Positions 25,301 to 37,400 of a stretch of DNA of 64,000 nt are shown here, piece after piece (within the stretch, counting starts at the first letter, position 1; every line of letters starts with the position of its first letter). The position numbers and the translations under genes were made by a program. This stretch comes from Narcine bancroftii (taxonomy: Eukaryota): assembly GCF_036971445.1 (NCBI RefSeq), contig NC_091475.1:26474001-26538000 (forward strand), given 5' to 3'. The notes beneath the pieces are model-generated. The model was not told where the DNA came from. It did no database searches and saw nothing but the letters and a program-made list of their open reading frames with translations.

Positions 25301-26162
25301 AGAAAATTGTTTTTCAGGAAGTAGATTCTTATCCTTTGAACAAATGAGAGATAAGTACAATATAACGGGAGATACAGCGCTGGCATATTACCAACTGAGA
25401 TCCTACTTGAAAGATAAATTAGGAAGCAACTTGAGTTTACCAGAGGGAAGTAACCTTGAATATGTGATTACAGATACAATGTTAATCAAAAGATTTATAA
25501 AAAATATGTATATTAAACTGCAAGAAAAGGAAAATGAGGAAACAAATGGTAAAACTAAACAAAAATGGGAACAAGATTTAAATATAAAGATAAAAAAGGA
25601 AACATGGGAGAAGTTATGCTCTGGAACGATGAGAAATACAATAAATACGAGGCTGCGTATGATACAATATAATTGGTTACACAGACTATACATTACACCG
25701 CAAAAGTTAAATAAATGGGACCCAACAGTATCTGATAGATGTTTTCGATGTAAAAAAGAAAGGGGAACAACAATTCATGCAATCTGGACATGTGAGAGAG
25801 TAGAAAAATTTTGGGATGATCTCAATCAGATATTAAATAAAATAACAGAAAACAATATACCAAAGAATCCAGAGATCTTTCTCCTAAGTAACATAAAAAA
25901 TAAAGAATTTGGAATTGACTTGGAGGATGCACAAAAAAGATTTGTTAAGATAGCCCTAGCTGTAGCAAAAAAATGTATTATGTCAACCTGGAAATTGGAA
26001 GATAATTTGAAAATACAACAATGGTATATAGAAATGAATAAATGTATTCCATTAGAAAAAATAACATATAGTTTAAGAAATAATATTGAAATATTCGAAC
26101 AAGTATGGGAGCCTTACATTAAATACAATAGCGAAAACCTACCGGGAACAAACATTACCTAA
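22365..26162 (+). CDS. L1 ORF2p, 1265 aa: APE endonuclease + reverse transcriptase + CCHC region
   Basis: NINGI, QETH, GDFN, SDH (endonuclease); YRPISLLN, LDAEKAFD, QGCPLSP, LFADD (RT); CFRC...H..WTC; no stops or frameshifts; aaaATGG start. Confidence 0.97.
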   Translation: MATLNYMTLNINGIHNQIKRKKLLNLLKKEKIDIAFVQETHLTELEHKKLKRDWVGHVTAASYNSKARGVAILISKNVPFKIEEEIIDPAGRYVMIKCQIYSELWNLLNIYSPNEEDQKFMQDIFLKVANTQGNILIGGDFNLNLDPNMDKTGKKINRKNKVTKFIIKSMQEMKLVDIWRKQNPKEKEYSYYSTRHKTYSRIDLFLLSAHIQGRVRKTEYKARLLSDHSPLLLAIELEDIPPRMYRWRLNPMLLKRQDFREFIEKQLKMYFEVNTESVEDKFILWDAMKAFIRGQIISYATKMKKDYNQETEQLEREIINIEKKLAIKEDTTKRRELADKKIKYETLQTYKVEKNIMKTKQKYYELGEKTHKILAWQLKTEQTKKTVLATRKKDKQITYNPKEIKENFREFYEQLYRTENEGKEGKIDEFLTKIELPKLQIEEQNKLTEPFGTVEIQEIIKNLPNNKTPGEDGLPIEFYKTFKDLIIPPLLDVINQIDETQNLPDSCKTAIITVILKQGKDPLSPASYRPISLLNTDYKIIAKLLANRLAEQVPKMVNLDQTGFIKKRRTTDNICKFINLIHAVEGNKAPAVAVALDAEKAFDRVEWNYLFKVLQKFSLPEKYINWIKALYKGPLAKVTVNGHVSKQFNLSRSTRQGCPLSPLLFALAIEPLAESIRRENNIKGIKIKDREYKISLFADDVIVYLTEPELSIKELYKKLKEYGEVSGYKINVNKSEAMPMNNADFSKFKEESPFRWQTQAIRYLGVQINKNLGQLYKLNYNPLMKKLQDDLEHWKELPLTLIGRINCIKMNIFPRILYLFQALPIQLTEKFFKELKKIIRRFLWRGGKPRIALDKLTEWYKQGGLQLPNFKNYYRAAQLRYLSDFYQTREKPDWTRLELDKIGEKIPEHILYKWDEKLVQHRTSPVLHHLLNIWKKIHVERNKINYQIPKLILTQNKLLPFTIDNLAFRKWEKKGIKRIENCFSGSRFLSFEQMRDKYNITGDTALAYYQLRSYLKDKLGSNLSLPEGSNLEYVITDTMLIKRFIKNMYIKLQEKENEETNGKTKQKWEQDLNIKIKKETWEKLCSGTMRNTINTRLRMIQYNWLHRLYITPQKLNKWDPTVSDRCFRCKKERGTTIHAIWTCERVEKFWDDLNQILNKITENNIPKNPEIFLLSNIKNKEFGIDLEDAQKRFVKIALAVAKKCIMSTWKLEDNLKIQQWYIEMNKCIPLEKITYSLRNNIEIFEQVWEPYIKYNSENLPGTNIT

Positions 26163-26404
26163 GTTGATGGAAGGAGAAGAGAAGAAAAAAATGGACTCAG
26201 TAGAATTTCTGGTGTATTTTTGTTGAATGACAACATTGTCTAACTGAATTAATGCAACCTAGATTGTATAACTAAAATGGATGAGAGGGGGGAGGGATGG
26301 GGGGGTGGCTTGGGAGGAGGGAGGGGGGAGGGAGAAAAAGTCACTGTAAATGTGTGGAAAAGAAAAAGTGTATATCATGGCTATTGTGATTTATGGTGTG
26401 AAAA

Positions 26405-26452
<48 letters not shown>

Positions 26453-27465
26453 AATTACAATTTTTTTACTTAGTTTAAATTTACACAGTTTATGTGATTA
26501 AAAACAGGGATTGGCCCTGCTAGAATTTCCCCTCACATTCAAACTTTTGCGCTTTGTTATCTAAAGCCACAGATTAAGGTAAGTAACCAGAGTTACTATA
26601 AAATCTACAGATTTATCATGTGCTGTAACCAACATTCAATCTGTGCTTCTAGCTCTATCCATCCCTTCTTTTAAAGGAGATACCAGTAAATGTATTGTGC
26701 CTGCTGGATGGAATGGATTTCTGCTGATCCTAATTAACGATTGAATTTCCATTTGCACTAAGTCACACTGATGCCATTCAGATAGGGTGGTTTTTGAGAT
26801 TTGACTGTGTTATGGGGGAAATTGCCTACATCAGTATTTCTCAACTATTCACTGTCTGTGAATAGTTTAGATTGCAAGAAATTCGCATACACTCTAAGTG
26901 GATGCAGATGGAGTGGAACACATGCTTTGCAACTGAAGCCATTGAGCCAGATGTTGGAACATGCACGTAAATGCCTTGTCCTGTTTTTTTTTACAAGGCT
27001 ATGATCAAGGCTGGACAAAGCTCAGCGCTGGGTAATCTGGGACTGAGGAAGTTGGAATGGTGAGTGGCTTGAAATCTGGGAAGCTGATATCATGGGGGGA
27101 GTGAAGGCCAGCAACATGTTAGAATTTGTTTGGATCTCCTAAGGACTTAATGATAATGTTCCCATACCTGAAGATTTCACTGTGAAGTGCTATAGGATGA
27201 CCATGATGTCCTGGGAGAGCCCAAAATGGGTGTACAAAGGGGAATGTGATCCAAGTTAAAGTAAAAACTGGCTTTCGACACAAATGCGTGGTTTAATTGA
27301 CACTATTTAATCTGGAAATAGTTGTAAACATATTTTAGACTGGGTTACACCAATTTTCAATTGCATAACATGAAAAAATTTTTATTTATCCACTTTTTTA
27401 GGAAGAAAGTATTAACTTTACAGAGTTGTTTGAATATGCGCTTTTAAAATCTTGTTTGTTGATTA

Positions 27466-27923
27466 ACACGCTGCTGAAGATCCAGCTGCGCTGGATGGGT
27501 CACGTCTCCAGAATGGAGGACCATCGCCTTCCCAAGATCGTGTTATATGGCGAGCTCTCCACTGGCCACCGTGACAGAGGTGCACCAAAGAAAAGGTACA
27601 AGGACTGCCTAAAGAAATCTCTTGGTGCCTGCCACATTGACCACCGCCAGTGGGCTGATAACGCCTCAAACCGTGCATCTTGGCGCCTCACAGTTTGGCG
27701 GGCTGCAACCTCCTTTGAAGAAGACCGCAGAGCCCACCTCACTGACAAAAGGCAAAGGAGGAAAAACCCAACACCCAACCCCAACCAACAAATTTTCCCT
27801 TGCAACCGCTGCAATCGTGTCTGCCTGTCCCGCATCGGACTTGTCAGCCACAAACGAGCCTGCAGCTGACGTGGACTTTTTACCCCCTCCATAAATCTTC
27901 GTCCGCGAAGCCAAGCCAAAGAG
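27466..27923 (+). mobile_element. RTE 3' fragment
   Basis: QLRWMGHVSRM..RLPKIVLYGEL..RGAPKKRYKD, C-terminal CxxC..H motif, tail gccaagccaaaga. Confidence 0.9.
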
Positions 27924-28129
27924 AATTCAAGGGAATTGCATTAACAGACAAAAGAAATCAGGGTTTTTTTCCCACTGGCCGACTGTCTAAAATAGATAGC
28001 TATATTTCATTGGCCAATCTTATAGCCTGAGTTGAGGAAATGTGCAAACTCACAACATTGATCGAGCTTCTTTAATAGACACGTTTTATGTAGAAATTAT
28101 AAATACTGTTTAAGCATAATGGAAGTCAG

Positions 28130-28865
28130 GATAAACGGGTCATTTTAGGATTGGCACAGATTATGATTGGGCCTCATCTATTTATAATCTTGAATGAAGG
28201 GACGAAGTTTATTGTAACTTAATACGCTAGTGATACAAAGGTTGGTGGATGAACAAGTTCAGAGAGGGCTGCTAAGGGATGTGGAAAGGTTAAGTAAAAG
28301 GGAAGGGGATTGGTAGATGGAGTATACTGTTTGAAAAAATGAGATCACCCACTTGGGAAGGAAAAATTTAAAAAAAAAGTAAAATTAATAATTAATTTGA
28401 GTGAGAAGTAGATACAGCATAAACAAATCTCAGGACCCTGATGAAACACACAAGATTTGCCTGAATATAATTGGAAGGGTAAATGGAATGTTGGCTTTCC
28501 TGCAAGGAGTATTGAATGTAAAAGAAGAGAAATTTTAATGCAACTTTACAGGGCTTTTGAGGCCACACCTGTACCGTTTTAGTGTCCACATTTAGGAAAG
28601 TATGTGCTTGCACTTCGTGCAGAGCAAAGGAGGTTTCTCACATTGATTCCTGGGATGAAGGAATGGAAGTAGAAAGAAATGTTAAACAGGTTAGGTCTAC
28701 CCTCACTGGGATTTAGAATGATAAGTAAACTTACTGACGTAAAATTCTGAGGGGGTTTGACAAGATGAATGTTGAGAAAATGATTCTAGCACAGACAGCT
28801 AGAATTACGGGTCTCAGTTTTAGAATAAGGGGTTACACATTTAAGACAGAAATGGAGATTTTTCA
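28130..28865 (+). mobile_element. Degraded CR1 LINE fragment
   Basis: gctagtgatacaaag (ADDTK-like) and aggccacacctg (RPHL) relics. Confidence 0.6.
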
Positions 28866-29290
28866 CCCATTCATTATGAGAAGAAAGTCAGTGAATTGAT
28901 TCAAAGGAAAACCAGACTGACATTTGAACTTCAGAGGTGTGCCTTTCTGAAGGTGACCTGATTCCTCGTTGAATAAATTCCCATTGAGCTCCATGGTATG
29001 GAGTTTTAGAAGTTAGACTGAGCTACTATGAATGTTGGACAGCTATTTTCATATCTGAATAACATACAACTGGTGACGAGAGCTATGAGGTGTGGGATAT
29101 AGGAGGTGGAAATGACAAATAATTCTATTTCCATTGCCCTCTGCTCCTACCCAAATTAATTTTTAGCAATAGCTAAATTAAACTATACAAATAAATTAAA
29201 AATTCTGAAGTGGTTATTTGATGTTATGTGATCTAATGTTTCTAAGAAGCACAATTAATAAACCATGCTTCTCCCAAACTGAAACAGTAC

Positions 29291-29701
29291 CTGGTTGTTG
29301 TACAGTAACAACTGTCGATCCAGACTGATCCTCTCCCAGTTTATACCACCTATTATTAGGATCAAGCAACCATTCTTCCACATAACAGTAATAACTGCCA
29401 GTGTCAGATATGGTTGCCTTTTGAAGATTCAAACTGTACAAATCATTGGTAGATTTTTCAAACTGTAGCCTATCTCTCAGTCGCATACTGTTAGCCAATG
29501 TGCCACCATACTCAAAAACAGTATTCCGATTCAAGCTGAAAATGGGATATCTATCTGCCTCCAGGCCTTTCTGGGCAAACCAGGTCACCGATAGTTGGGA
29601 ATCCAAGTTGGTACGGTTGCTGATCTTGCAATCCAGTCGAAACTGACCATCCTCTGGTACTGAAATACTCCTTTCAGTCTTGACTGTTTGTAAATTGTTT
29701 T
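29291..29701 (-). CDS. IGSF3: IGSF3 exon, Ig domain 7 (ENNLQTVK...DTGSYYCYVEEWLLDP...VQQP)
   Basis: tccacag|AA acceptor, CCAG|gtactg donor; 411 bp, phase 1/1. Confidence 0.93.
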
Positions 29702-29937
29702 CTGTGGATACACAAAATTTTACTTTAATTAATAGGAAAATGTGATTGCTTAGATTTTATTATTCAACATGGTATGAAATTCTGCAAATGATGTCGGCTG
29801 CTTATGTGGAAAATTACATCTTTGGGTTAAGTTTGGATTGACTGAGGTACAAATCTGGTTTTCACGTTATACCTGAGCCACTCCCCAGTTCAGTGGTTCT
29901 CAACCTTTTTTGGTCTCAGGCCCATCTGGCTTCCGGG

Positions 29938-31085
29938 TTTTCTTTTTAAAATATTTTTATTGAGTTTAACACATACAATATTTTTGGGAAAACACATAAC
30001 AAGTGATACATACAAGTATATAAAAAAACAAATTGATGGAACTACATTAGACAGTTCCTGGATCCACATAAAAAACAAGTAATTAAATTAATCTATAATA
30101 ACCACGTTAAACCCGTATTTGCCAAGTTAAGCTCAATAAAAATTAGTAAAAAGAAAAAAAGAGAACAAACCAAGAAAAATCTAAAAACTAGATCTAATCT
30201 ACCCCCTCCTCTAATCAAGGTTATCTTATTTAAAAAAAAAGGGAAATTGTGCATCCGATAGTGACCTCCAGACATCGGACAGAGAATCTCCAGATCATTC
30301 AAAATTCTTAATTCTTCCAATCATAATATTCTATGAATGGGCCCCACATCTTTACAAATTAAAAATTATCTATCTTTAATGTTGTACCTAATTTTCTCCA
30401 AGCTTAAATAGGATATTACATCATATAACCACTGCATAGAGTAGGTACAAGGACTGCCTAAAGAAATCTCTTGGTGCCTGGCAAATTGACCACCGCCAGT
30501 GGGCTGATATCGCCTCAAACTGTGCATCTTGGCTCCTCACAGTTTGGCGGGCAGCAACCTCCTTTGAAGAAGACCGCAGAGCCCACCTCACTGACAAAAG
30601 GCAAAGGAGGAAAAACCCAACACCCAACCCCAACCAACCAATTTTCCCCTGCAACCGCTGCAACCGTGTCTGCCTGTCCCGCATCGGACTTGTCAGCCAC
30701 AAATGAGCCTGCAGCTGACGTGGACATTTACCCCCTCCATAAATCTTCGTCCGTGAAGCCAACCCAAAGAAGAAGAGAGTAGGTGAAGAGTCATCTTTCC
30801 ATTTCATTAAAATTGCTCGCCTGGCTATCAGCATGACAAAGGCTAAAACTTTCCCCTGAGTTGCAGACAGAGGTATATCTGGTTCACATGAAAAACCAAA
30901 CAAAGCAATTATCGGACAAGGTTCTATATTAATCTTAAAACTCATTGATAAAGTTTGGAAAATGTCTTTCCAAAATCTCTCTAAATTTGGGCACTCCCAA
31001 AAATATAAATCAGTGAAGCCTCAAAAATTTTACACTTCTCACATAGTATATCAATACCTGCATAAATATGAAATAATTTAAGTTT
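29938..31085 (-). mobile_element. Old L1-clade 3' fragment with tail, interrupted by an RTE
   Basis: Minus-strand PCPIIALFG...LIARRAILMKWK (L1 ORF2 C-terminus); AATAAA and A-rich tail at ~29940-29965; paralogous to 2136-2745. Confidence 0.8.
30447..30775 (+). mobile_element. RTE 3' fragment nested in the old L1
   Basis: Same family; TSD agagtaggt at 30438-46 and 30776-84. Confidence 0.92.
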
Positions 31086-33142
31086 GTTCTAGCCTAGCAT
31101 GTCATGGTCCACTAGTGGCAATAACTGAGCAATATTTTCAAGTCAAAGGCAGCTCTGTAAGAAAAAAATCTTTATCTAATTTATTATTAGCATTTTTAAA
31201 GAACAAAAAATCACTGCAAGTATATAGTTTGTACTTTTTTACATCTTCAAGAACAACTGCAACTTTTCTCATAGTTCAAACAGTTGCACCACAATGTTTC
31301 CTGTTGATAGCCAACACATGTTGGTGTAGTAGAGCAGGCAACTATGTTCTGAATCCATATCTTCACACAATTGTTTGAACAGCTAAGAGTTCAAAGCCCC
31401 ACTTTTCACATGTTCACAATTTTGCTTACTTGACCAAGAACATCTGGAAGGGTTATTGAAGCAAGAGCTTGGTGACGTAACATATAGTGAACAGCAACAA
31501 CTTTTGGAGATCGATCTCGTTCAAGAGTTTGGAAGCCACTTTTTGCTCGTAACATGGCAGGTACGTCATAGGTACACCCTCCACATAGATTGTGCCAGTT
31601 CAGACAACAAGCAGCAAGAAGACAGAAAATACCCACTTCTGAATCAGTATGAATTTCTGTGGAGGTCTGATAGGAACTACGACCACGTGCTTATCACCAA
31701 GCTGCTTATATTGAAAGATTGCCAGATAATGTCACTGACCTCAGTGGCAGTTTGGTTGCACCCAAGGTCACCTGGGAGGCTGAGACATAACCTCAAACCC
31801 ACCCTGATCTCAGTGGGTTGGGAAGTCTCTGTGGCCCACATGGAAATATGCTGTGGCAACCTATGTTGTCTAGTTGTGACTTGGGACAAATGCCAAAGTG
31901 AGTTATATTTAACTTTCTCACTTTGGCGATCCAGTGCATGGATCTCCGTTCTTGGTAGAGCGGGAAATGGCTGCAGTCTCAATAATTATTTTCTCCCCAT
32001 TGTCAGCAAGGCTACACCATCTTTATCATGAAGGATGTACATAAAAGTTTTCATAAATTGGTCTCAGGTCAATAGCTATGGGAAAGTAGGAGTTAATAAG
32101 AAACAAATAAAATAAAGATAATAGTGCACTTCCCCCGAATCTGAATTATTCAGTAGTCTCGTAGGCAAAATGCCAAGCAAATCAAAAGTAGCATCTACTC
32201 ATGGCACTTCCACTCATTAGTTTATGGCCACAAAAATTGAAAGTGAACACAGAGTTGTATGAACAATTTGGAGGGTAGTATAATTCCATTAACAGTGCAA
32301 ATAACTTTTAAATCCTTACAAAATGGTAATAAATTGGACTAAATTGTAATAGGGTAGATTAGTCTAATGGCTCTGACAGGAAAATCTGTATTCTTCAGTT
32401 TTAAAATAAGAAAAACTGACATTTTTAGAGAGGTAACATGAACTATCATCCGTTATAGAGCAAGGCAAGAACAGAAGACTCTCTGCTCATCTTGCAATAA
32501 ATACAAGCAAAGTTACAGAAAATCGATTGTCTAATGTTATACATCTCAGTGCTACATGACTGAAAATGGACTTCTCTCAGAGTGAAATCATAATCCTCAT
32601 GCATTACTTCCACAATACAAACAAGAGCTTTCTGGGAACATGTAGCACATCTAGAGCAATTTCTGTGTCAAGTGCACCTCAAGTGACATCTGCCATTCCT
32701 TGTTCAATGCCTGACTGGAATTTCACTGCATAAAGACTACTCATTGGGAACTCCACACAAGATACCAGCTTCTCATGCTTCTGCGCTGCCTCATCACCTT
32801 TCATACCCCCTACTCCCCCCTCCTGTCATTGGTGGTATGGAAACTTTTAATAGGGGGCCAAAAACTTAATGGCTATTGCTGTATTAGTTAATAACTTATA
32901 CACACCTTATACAGTGCATTACAAATTTCTAGGTTGTTGCTCTTTTTAAAGGTCTGATTCATTTATTGACCAGTAATATAGAGGAATAGCCCTCTCCCAG
33001 TATTTAAGGGACCACAGACTGCAATGAATGGCTTGTATTCAGGTTTAATCACTTAAGATATTAACTCTACAGGGATGTTCACTCGCATGCTTGATTCAAA
33101 ATTTGATTGACTACATAAAAGATAGAAACCTTGATTCAGTAC

Positions 33143-33550
33143 CTGGTCGCTTGACTGTGACAGGCGTAATTCCGGATATGTTCTCTCCAACTTTATACCA
33201 GATGTTATTGGGGTCCAGCAGCCATTCCTCGACATGGCAGTAGTATTTGCCACTATCATCAACATCTGCCTTAAATAAGGACAAAGTGTAATGGCCACCG
33301 GAAGGTTTGGCAGCATGTATTCTCTCTTTTCTTTCACGCCTTCCCAATCCGTTTCCATATTCAAACACGCCGTCACGGTTTGACTTGAGGATAAGTTTTT
33401 TCTCTTTCTCCGGTGCTTTCTGAATGTACCATCGTACAGAGAATTGAGAATGTGGACTTGTTTGATTTGTGATGATACAGCTTAAGTGAATATTGTCATT
33501 TTCTGTTACCACAAGGTTTCGTTTTAGTTGGTTGACTTTTAATCTTCCAT
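33143..33550 (-). CDS. IGSF3: IGSF3 exon, Ig domain 6 (DGRLKVNQ...DSGKYYCHVEEWLLDP...VKRP)
   Basis: cctcacag|AT acceptor, CCAG|gtactg donor; 408 bp, phase 1/1. Confidence 0.93.
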
Positions 33551-34277
33551 CTGTGAGGATAAATAATGAGCAAGTCAAATGTAAAACAAAGGTGAACACA
33601 GTTTATTCGTAATTTGCTCACTTTTATCCTCTGGCTCTCTGATCATCTAGACAACTCCTGCAGCAGGAGGAACCATTTTCTACAATCTGCACTGAGGAAA
33701 TACAATTATTAACAAGCCATTAATCTCTCCTCCACTCTTACCCTTTTGAGCTCTAGAACTCCAGTGAGATAACCCACAAAGCAGAATGTCAACTTCAAAT
33801 AAAACTTCACCACTGTTGCTTTGGATCATCAGATAATAGAGAATCAAATTCAGAGTTACTGTACCTTGAGAACTATATTGAATATTTTTGTTTTCTAGTC
33901 AAAGAAGGAATTACAGAGTGCAAATCATTTGAATTACTTGTGTCAGCAAGAATTCAGGTTCTTATTCAGACTTGAGCCTTGGCAGTTCAGAAATATACTG
34001 AATTTGAACCTGATGACGTAGCCAGCACCAAAGATGATATGAAACATGGCTGATAAACAGAAAACATTTCTCCTTTTTACGTCCCCTGGAGTAATTCAGC
34101 ACTGACACTGTCTCTGCTTTGCAATATTCATTGAGGCCATCAATTTGACGTACGACAGGTTTTATATCTAAAAACTGCTGTGTAGTTGCTGTGCTTGCAT
34201 CTTGTGCACCAAATTAATACTTAATCAAAGCACTCACACGTTGTAATGGAGGATTTAGACTAGCTTATGAAAGAAGG

Positions 34278-34482
34278 GATGCAGTTGCATCACAAGACAT
34301 AATCTCAATTCCACTATGAGGCCCAGGATGCATATTTAGTAAACACACCTAAATTCCACCATGGGGCCCAGGATGCAGTTGAATAGGAAGGCATTATCTA
34401 AATTTACACTATGGGGCCCAGGGATGCATATGAATCAGTAGACATTATCCAACTTCCACCATGAGACCAAGAGATGCAGTTG
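34278..34482. repeat. Degenerate ~49-bp tandem repeat, 4+ units
   Basis: gatgca at 34278, 34327, 34372, 34423, 34473, each unit with a cac(t/c)atg...ccca-like motif. Confidence 0.75.
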
Positions 34483-37400
34483 TCTTTTGTTGGTCGCAGA
34501 CTGTCAGGAGACCTTGAAGATAATTAAATCATTTGTTCAAAGGGGTAAGATCTGAAGTAAACAACTTTTGGGTAATATAAGCCATGGTCCCACTGCTGAA
34601 GTTTGAGACTCTCCAAGAGGTGGCAACATCTCTCAGCAAGAAGAAAAACTTCAAGATTTCAAACCGACGTCCCGGTCTGGGGAGGTGGAGAAGCTGCTAC
34701 TGGTGCCCAGACAACCTACTACAAATGTGCAGTCGTCGCCTCGCTTTGGCAATTGGGACCAGTCCAGGCATTGACAAGTATAATTGGGAAGTGCTTGCAT
34801 ATTGTAGTGTGAATTCAGCTTTAGATTTAGTAATAAAGATTTGTATAAACTGAACTGCTCTCGGTGTGTGTGTGTATTTTCTCTCGGTAGCTTGAACACT
34901 GTGACCAATCTAAAACGAACAAAGTGAGAGGTATTCTTTTACCTAAGACACACATAGATTGCAAATCCTCAGATTACATGGTCATAAGTAGCCACACGAT
35001 GAAACAATTCTTTGTAAATTCATTTCTTAGAAAGAGTACTGTGTGGTATAGATGTTTAAAAAGTTAGACTTAAAAGTTGGTTCCCAGACAAGTAACACAT
35101 TGTTCAAAGGCCTAATGCTGGAAGATTTGGTAGAACACAAAGCCCAAAATATGTACTATTCACACCAAGAACACACTACAATGACATAGCACACAAAGGA
35201 AATCAAGTCAGTCTTGAGCAGGGGCCAGGTCATAGGACAATGTGGGGGTGGGGGGAAAACAGGGAGCAAAGGGTAAATGGATGAAAGGACAAGAGAATTG
35301 AAAGAGTTTGGCTCACCAGTGGAAGGGAGATCAGGTTGGAAATTAGTACAGGAGGCAAGAGAAACTTGATGGTGGTGGGATTATGGGGTATATGCTGGGT
35401 CTGTAAAGTGGCAGATGAAGGTGTGTCAGACATCGGATCAATGAGTTGATGGGGTGTCACATGAAGGCCACAAGGTTGTTGGTTTGTAGCACTGGAGGAT
35501 GTTGAGATGGAACCAGGTAAGGGCAAGTGGATAACCGAAGTGAGATCTATCAGTGCTGGATTTCCACTTGGTCAGGTTATAGTAATGTGGAAGAAGAGCT
35601 AACATCGCTTCTGCAGGTTTTCCCCATGGACAATATGGCCTGTCATGCATTAAGAACAACGCATGGTGTTGTATAGGCGTACATTATATCCCATTAGATA
35701 CCACAGACTGGGCTTGGGTTCCTCCGTGGTTTCTTTCCTGAAACTATTATGTTCTTACAGAAGGAAAATCACCGACTGCATGAAACCTGGAGCAAGTTCT
35801 TGATTTTACATTGCATTTATTTTTTTGCTGTGACTTAATTGCACAATGTACACAAACTAAATAATTCAATTTCTAACCTGGAAAGTTTCAGAATAAAGTA
35901 GTGAAAACAAAGACTGCAGGTACTGGAAAATTGAACAAACAAAGAGCTGCTGGAGGAACATGGGCAGAAATGGTCAGTCAACATTTTAGGTCAGGTACCT
36001 TGGGACACCTCAGTCTGCACCTGAACATTCGTAATAACCAGAAATAGCTGCTCCAAGCTTAGCATTTATTAAAGGTGCCTGCTGATCTGACATTTTTGAA
36101 TAACATTGCATTACTGATATGGCACCAGCATGTCATCCTTGAACCAGCTGAGTGCTGACTCCATTCCACAATGTTGTACATCACATTGCATGCGCAGGCA
36201 ATTAAAGCAAGGAGACTGAAACTGCGCAGATGACAGTTCCCAGACAAATGGATTTAGAAAGCTCTATGTGGCACTCTTGGGCTTTGAAGCAGCTCAGTGC
36301 ATCTGTCATACACATTGATTAATAGTGTTGAGCGGATCAGGCGTGTGCTAATGGATAACATGTTGCTGTAGTACTCTGATGTTTATGTCAGTGCTGTTCA
36401 TCTACCAATCGTCTTCTATCATAGGCCCGTGAGGTATCCTCAAATCATTCTGAAATAAGAATTAAATATTTCAAATTTAAAAATAACTTTTAATCTTGTC
36501 ATTGCATCAACAACCATGCTTACAATGTATCAGTGTATCATTATGGACGTGTAGAATATAGTTCCGGACTCTAAGGTGTCAGCTCAATTTGCTACACATT
36601 CTCTACATACAAAGTTTAATTTTATGGTTCATTTCATAAACAAATGCTAGTATTTCATTAGGGTGAATAAATTTGGGTAAATTAAGAAATGGAAATTATT
36701 GATGCTGCCTGTAAAGAACAAAATGGAGAGAAGGAAGAAAGAAATTAAAAAGCCATGCTTCATTGCTGTGTGCTAAACATTGCAGGATACATAAAGGGAG
36801 GAGGCCAATAGATGTAATCTCTTGCTCTTTTAAGATATGATATTGTTTTAGTGTGTTATTGTTTTTGTTTGATGTAAGTCAGGATGTGTATTTGTGCATT
36901 GACAATAAAAGGTCATCTTATCTGACCTGCAGAATAATTTGCTGCACATACAAAATGCAAAGACAACCACAAACAATGCACAGAATAGAAACGGTAACCA
37001 AGATACAGTCGCACAGGTTGGCACTGGTACAAGGATGAAGATGGAAAGACTTGTAGACACAGCACAGAGGAAAACACAAGCAAAAACAGAATTATATGCA
37101 AGCAAGTACATTCATTTGTGCAGTGTTCATTTTTACACAACTATATACATTCCTTCTTGTTAGTTAATCAATTTTCTTAGTTACCATTTAATTGTGTTTG
37201 AATAAAATGTGTTGAATTCACTATATACAAGATTCTCCTTTCACTTGCTGCTTTTATTTTTTTGTCTCATCACAATTATGGGTCCATTTTCTGAATTAAA
37301 ATGCATGGAATTTATTAATGAGTTACCTGAGGAAATTTCAACATGAATTCCACAGCAACTAGAATTCAGTAAAGCCCTGAGAGTTCCTGAATTATTGGAA

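Larger units (their letters stand above)
20406..26450 (+). mobile_element. Full-length, apparently intact L1-clade LINE (~6.05 kb) in the IGSF3 D7-D8 intron, antisense to the host gene
   Basis: TSD acaattacaatttttt at 20390-20405 and 26451-26466; two open ORFs; AATAAA 26404-09 followed by ~44 uninterrupted A. Confidence 0.97.

Noticed and set aside
22379-25693. Multiple minus-strand ORFs within L1 ORF2
   Set aside because: Shadow ORFs of A-rich coding sequence
31456-32031. 191-aa plus-strand ORF
   Set aside because: Non-ATG start, no recognisable motif, antisense within an intron
34278-34482. Repeat-spacer-like pattern suggesting CRISPR
   Set aside because: Vertebrate DNA, whole units are homologous (no unique spacers), no cas genes
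36059-36247. Minus-strand ORF with a VEW motif as a possible extra IGSF3 Ig exon
   Set aside because: Lacks DxGxYxC and Ig Cys spacing; the eight-domain layout is already accounted for
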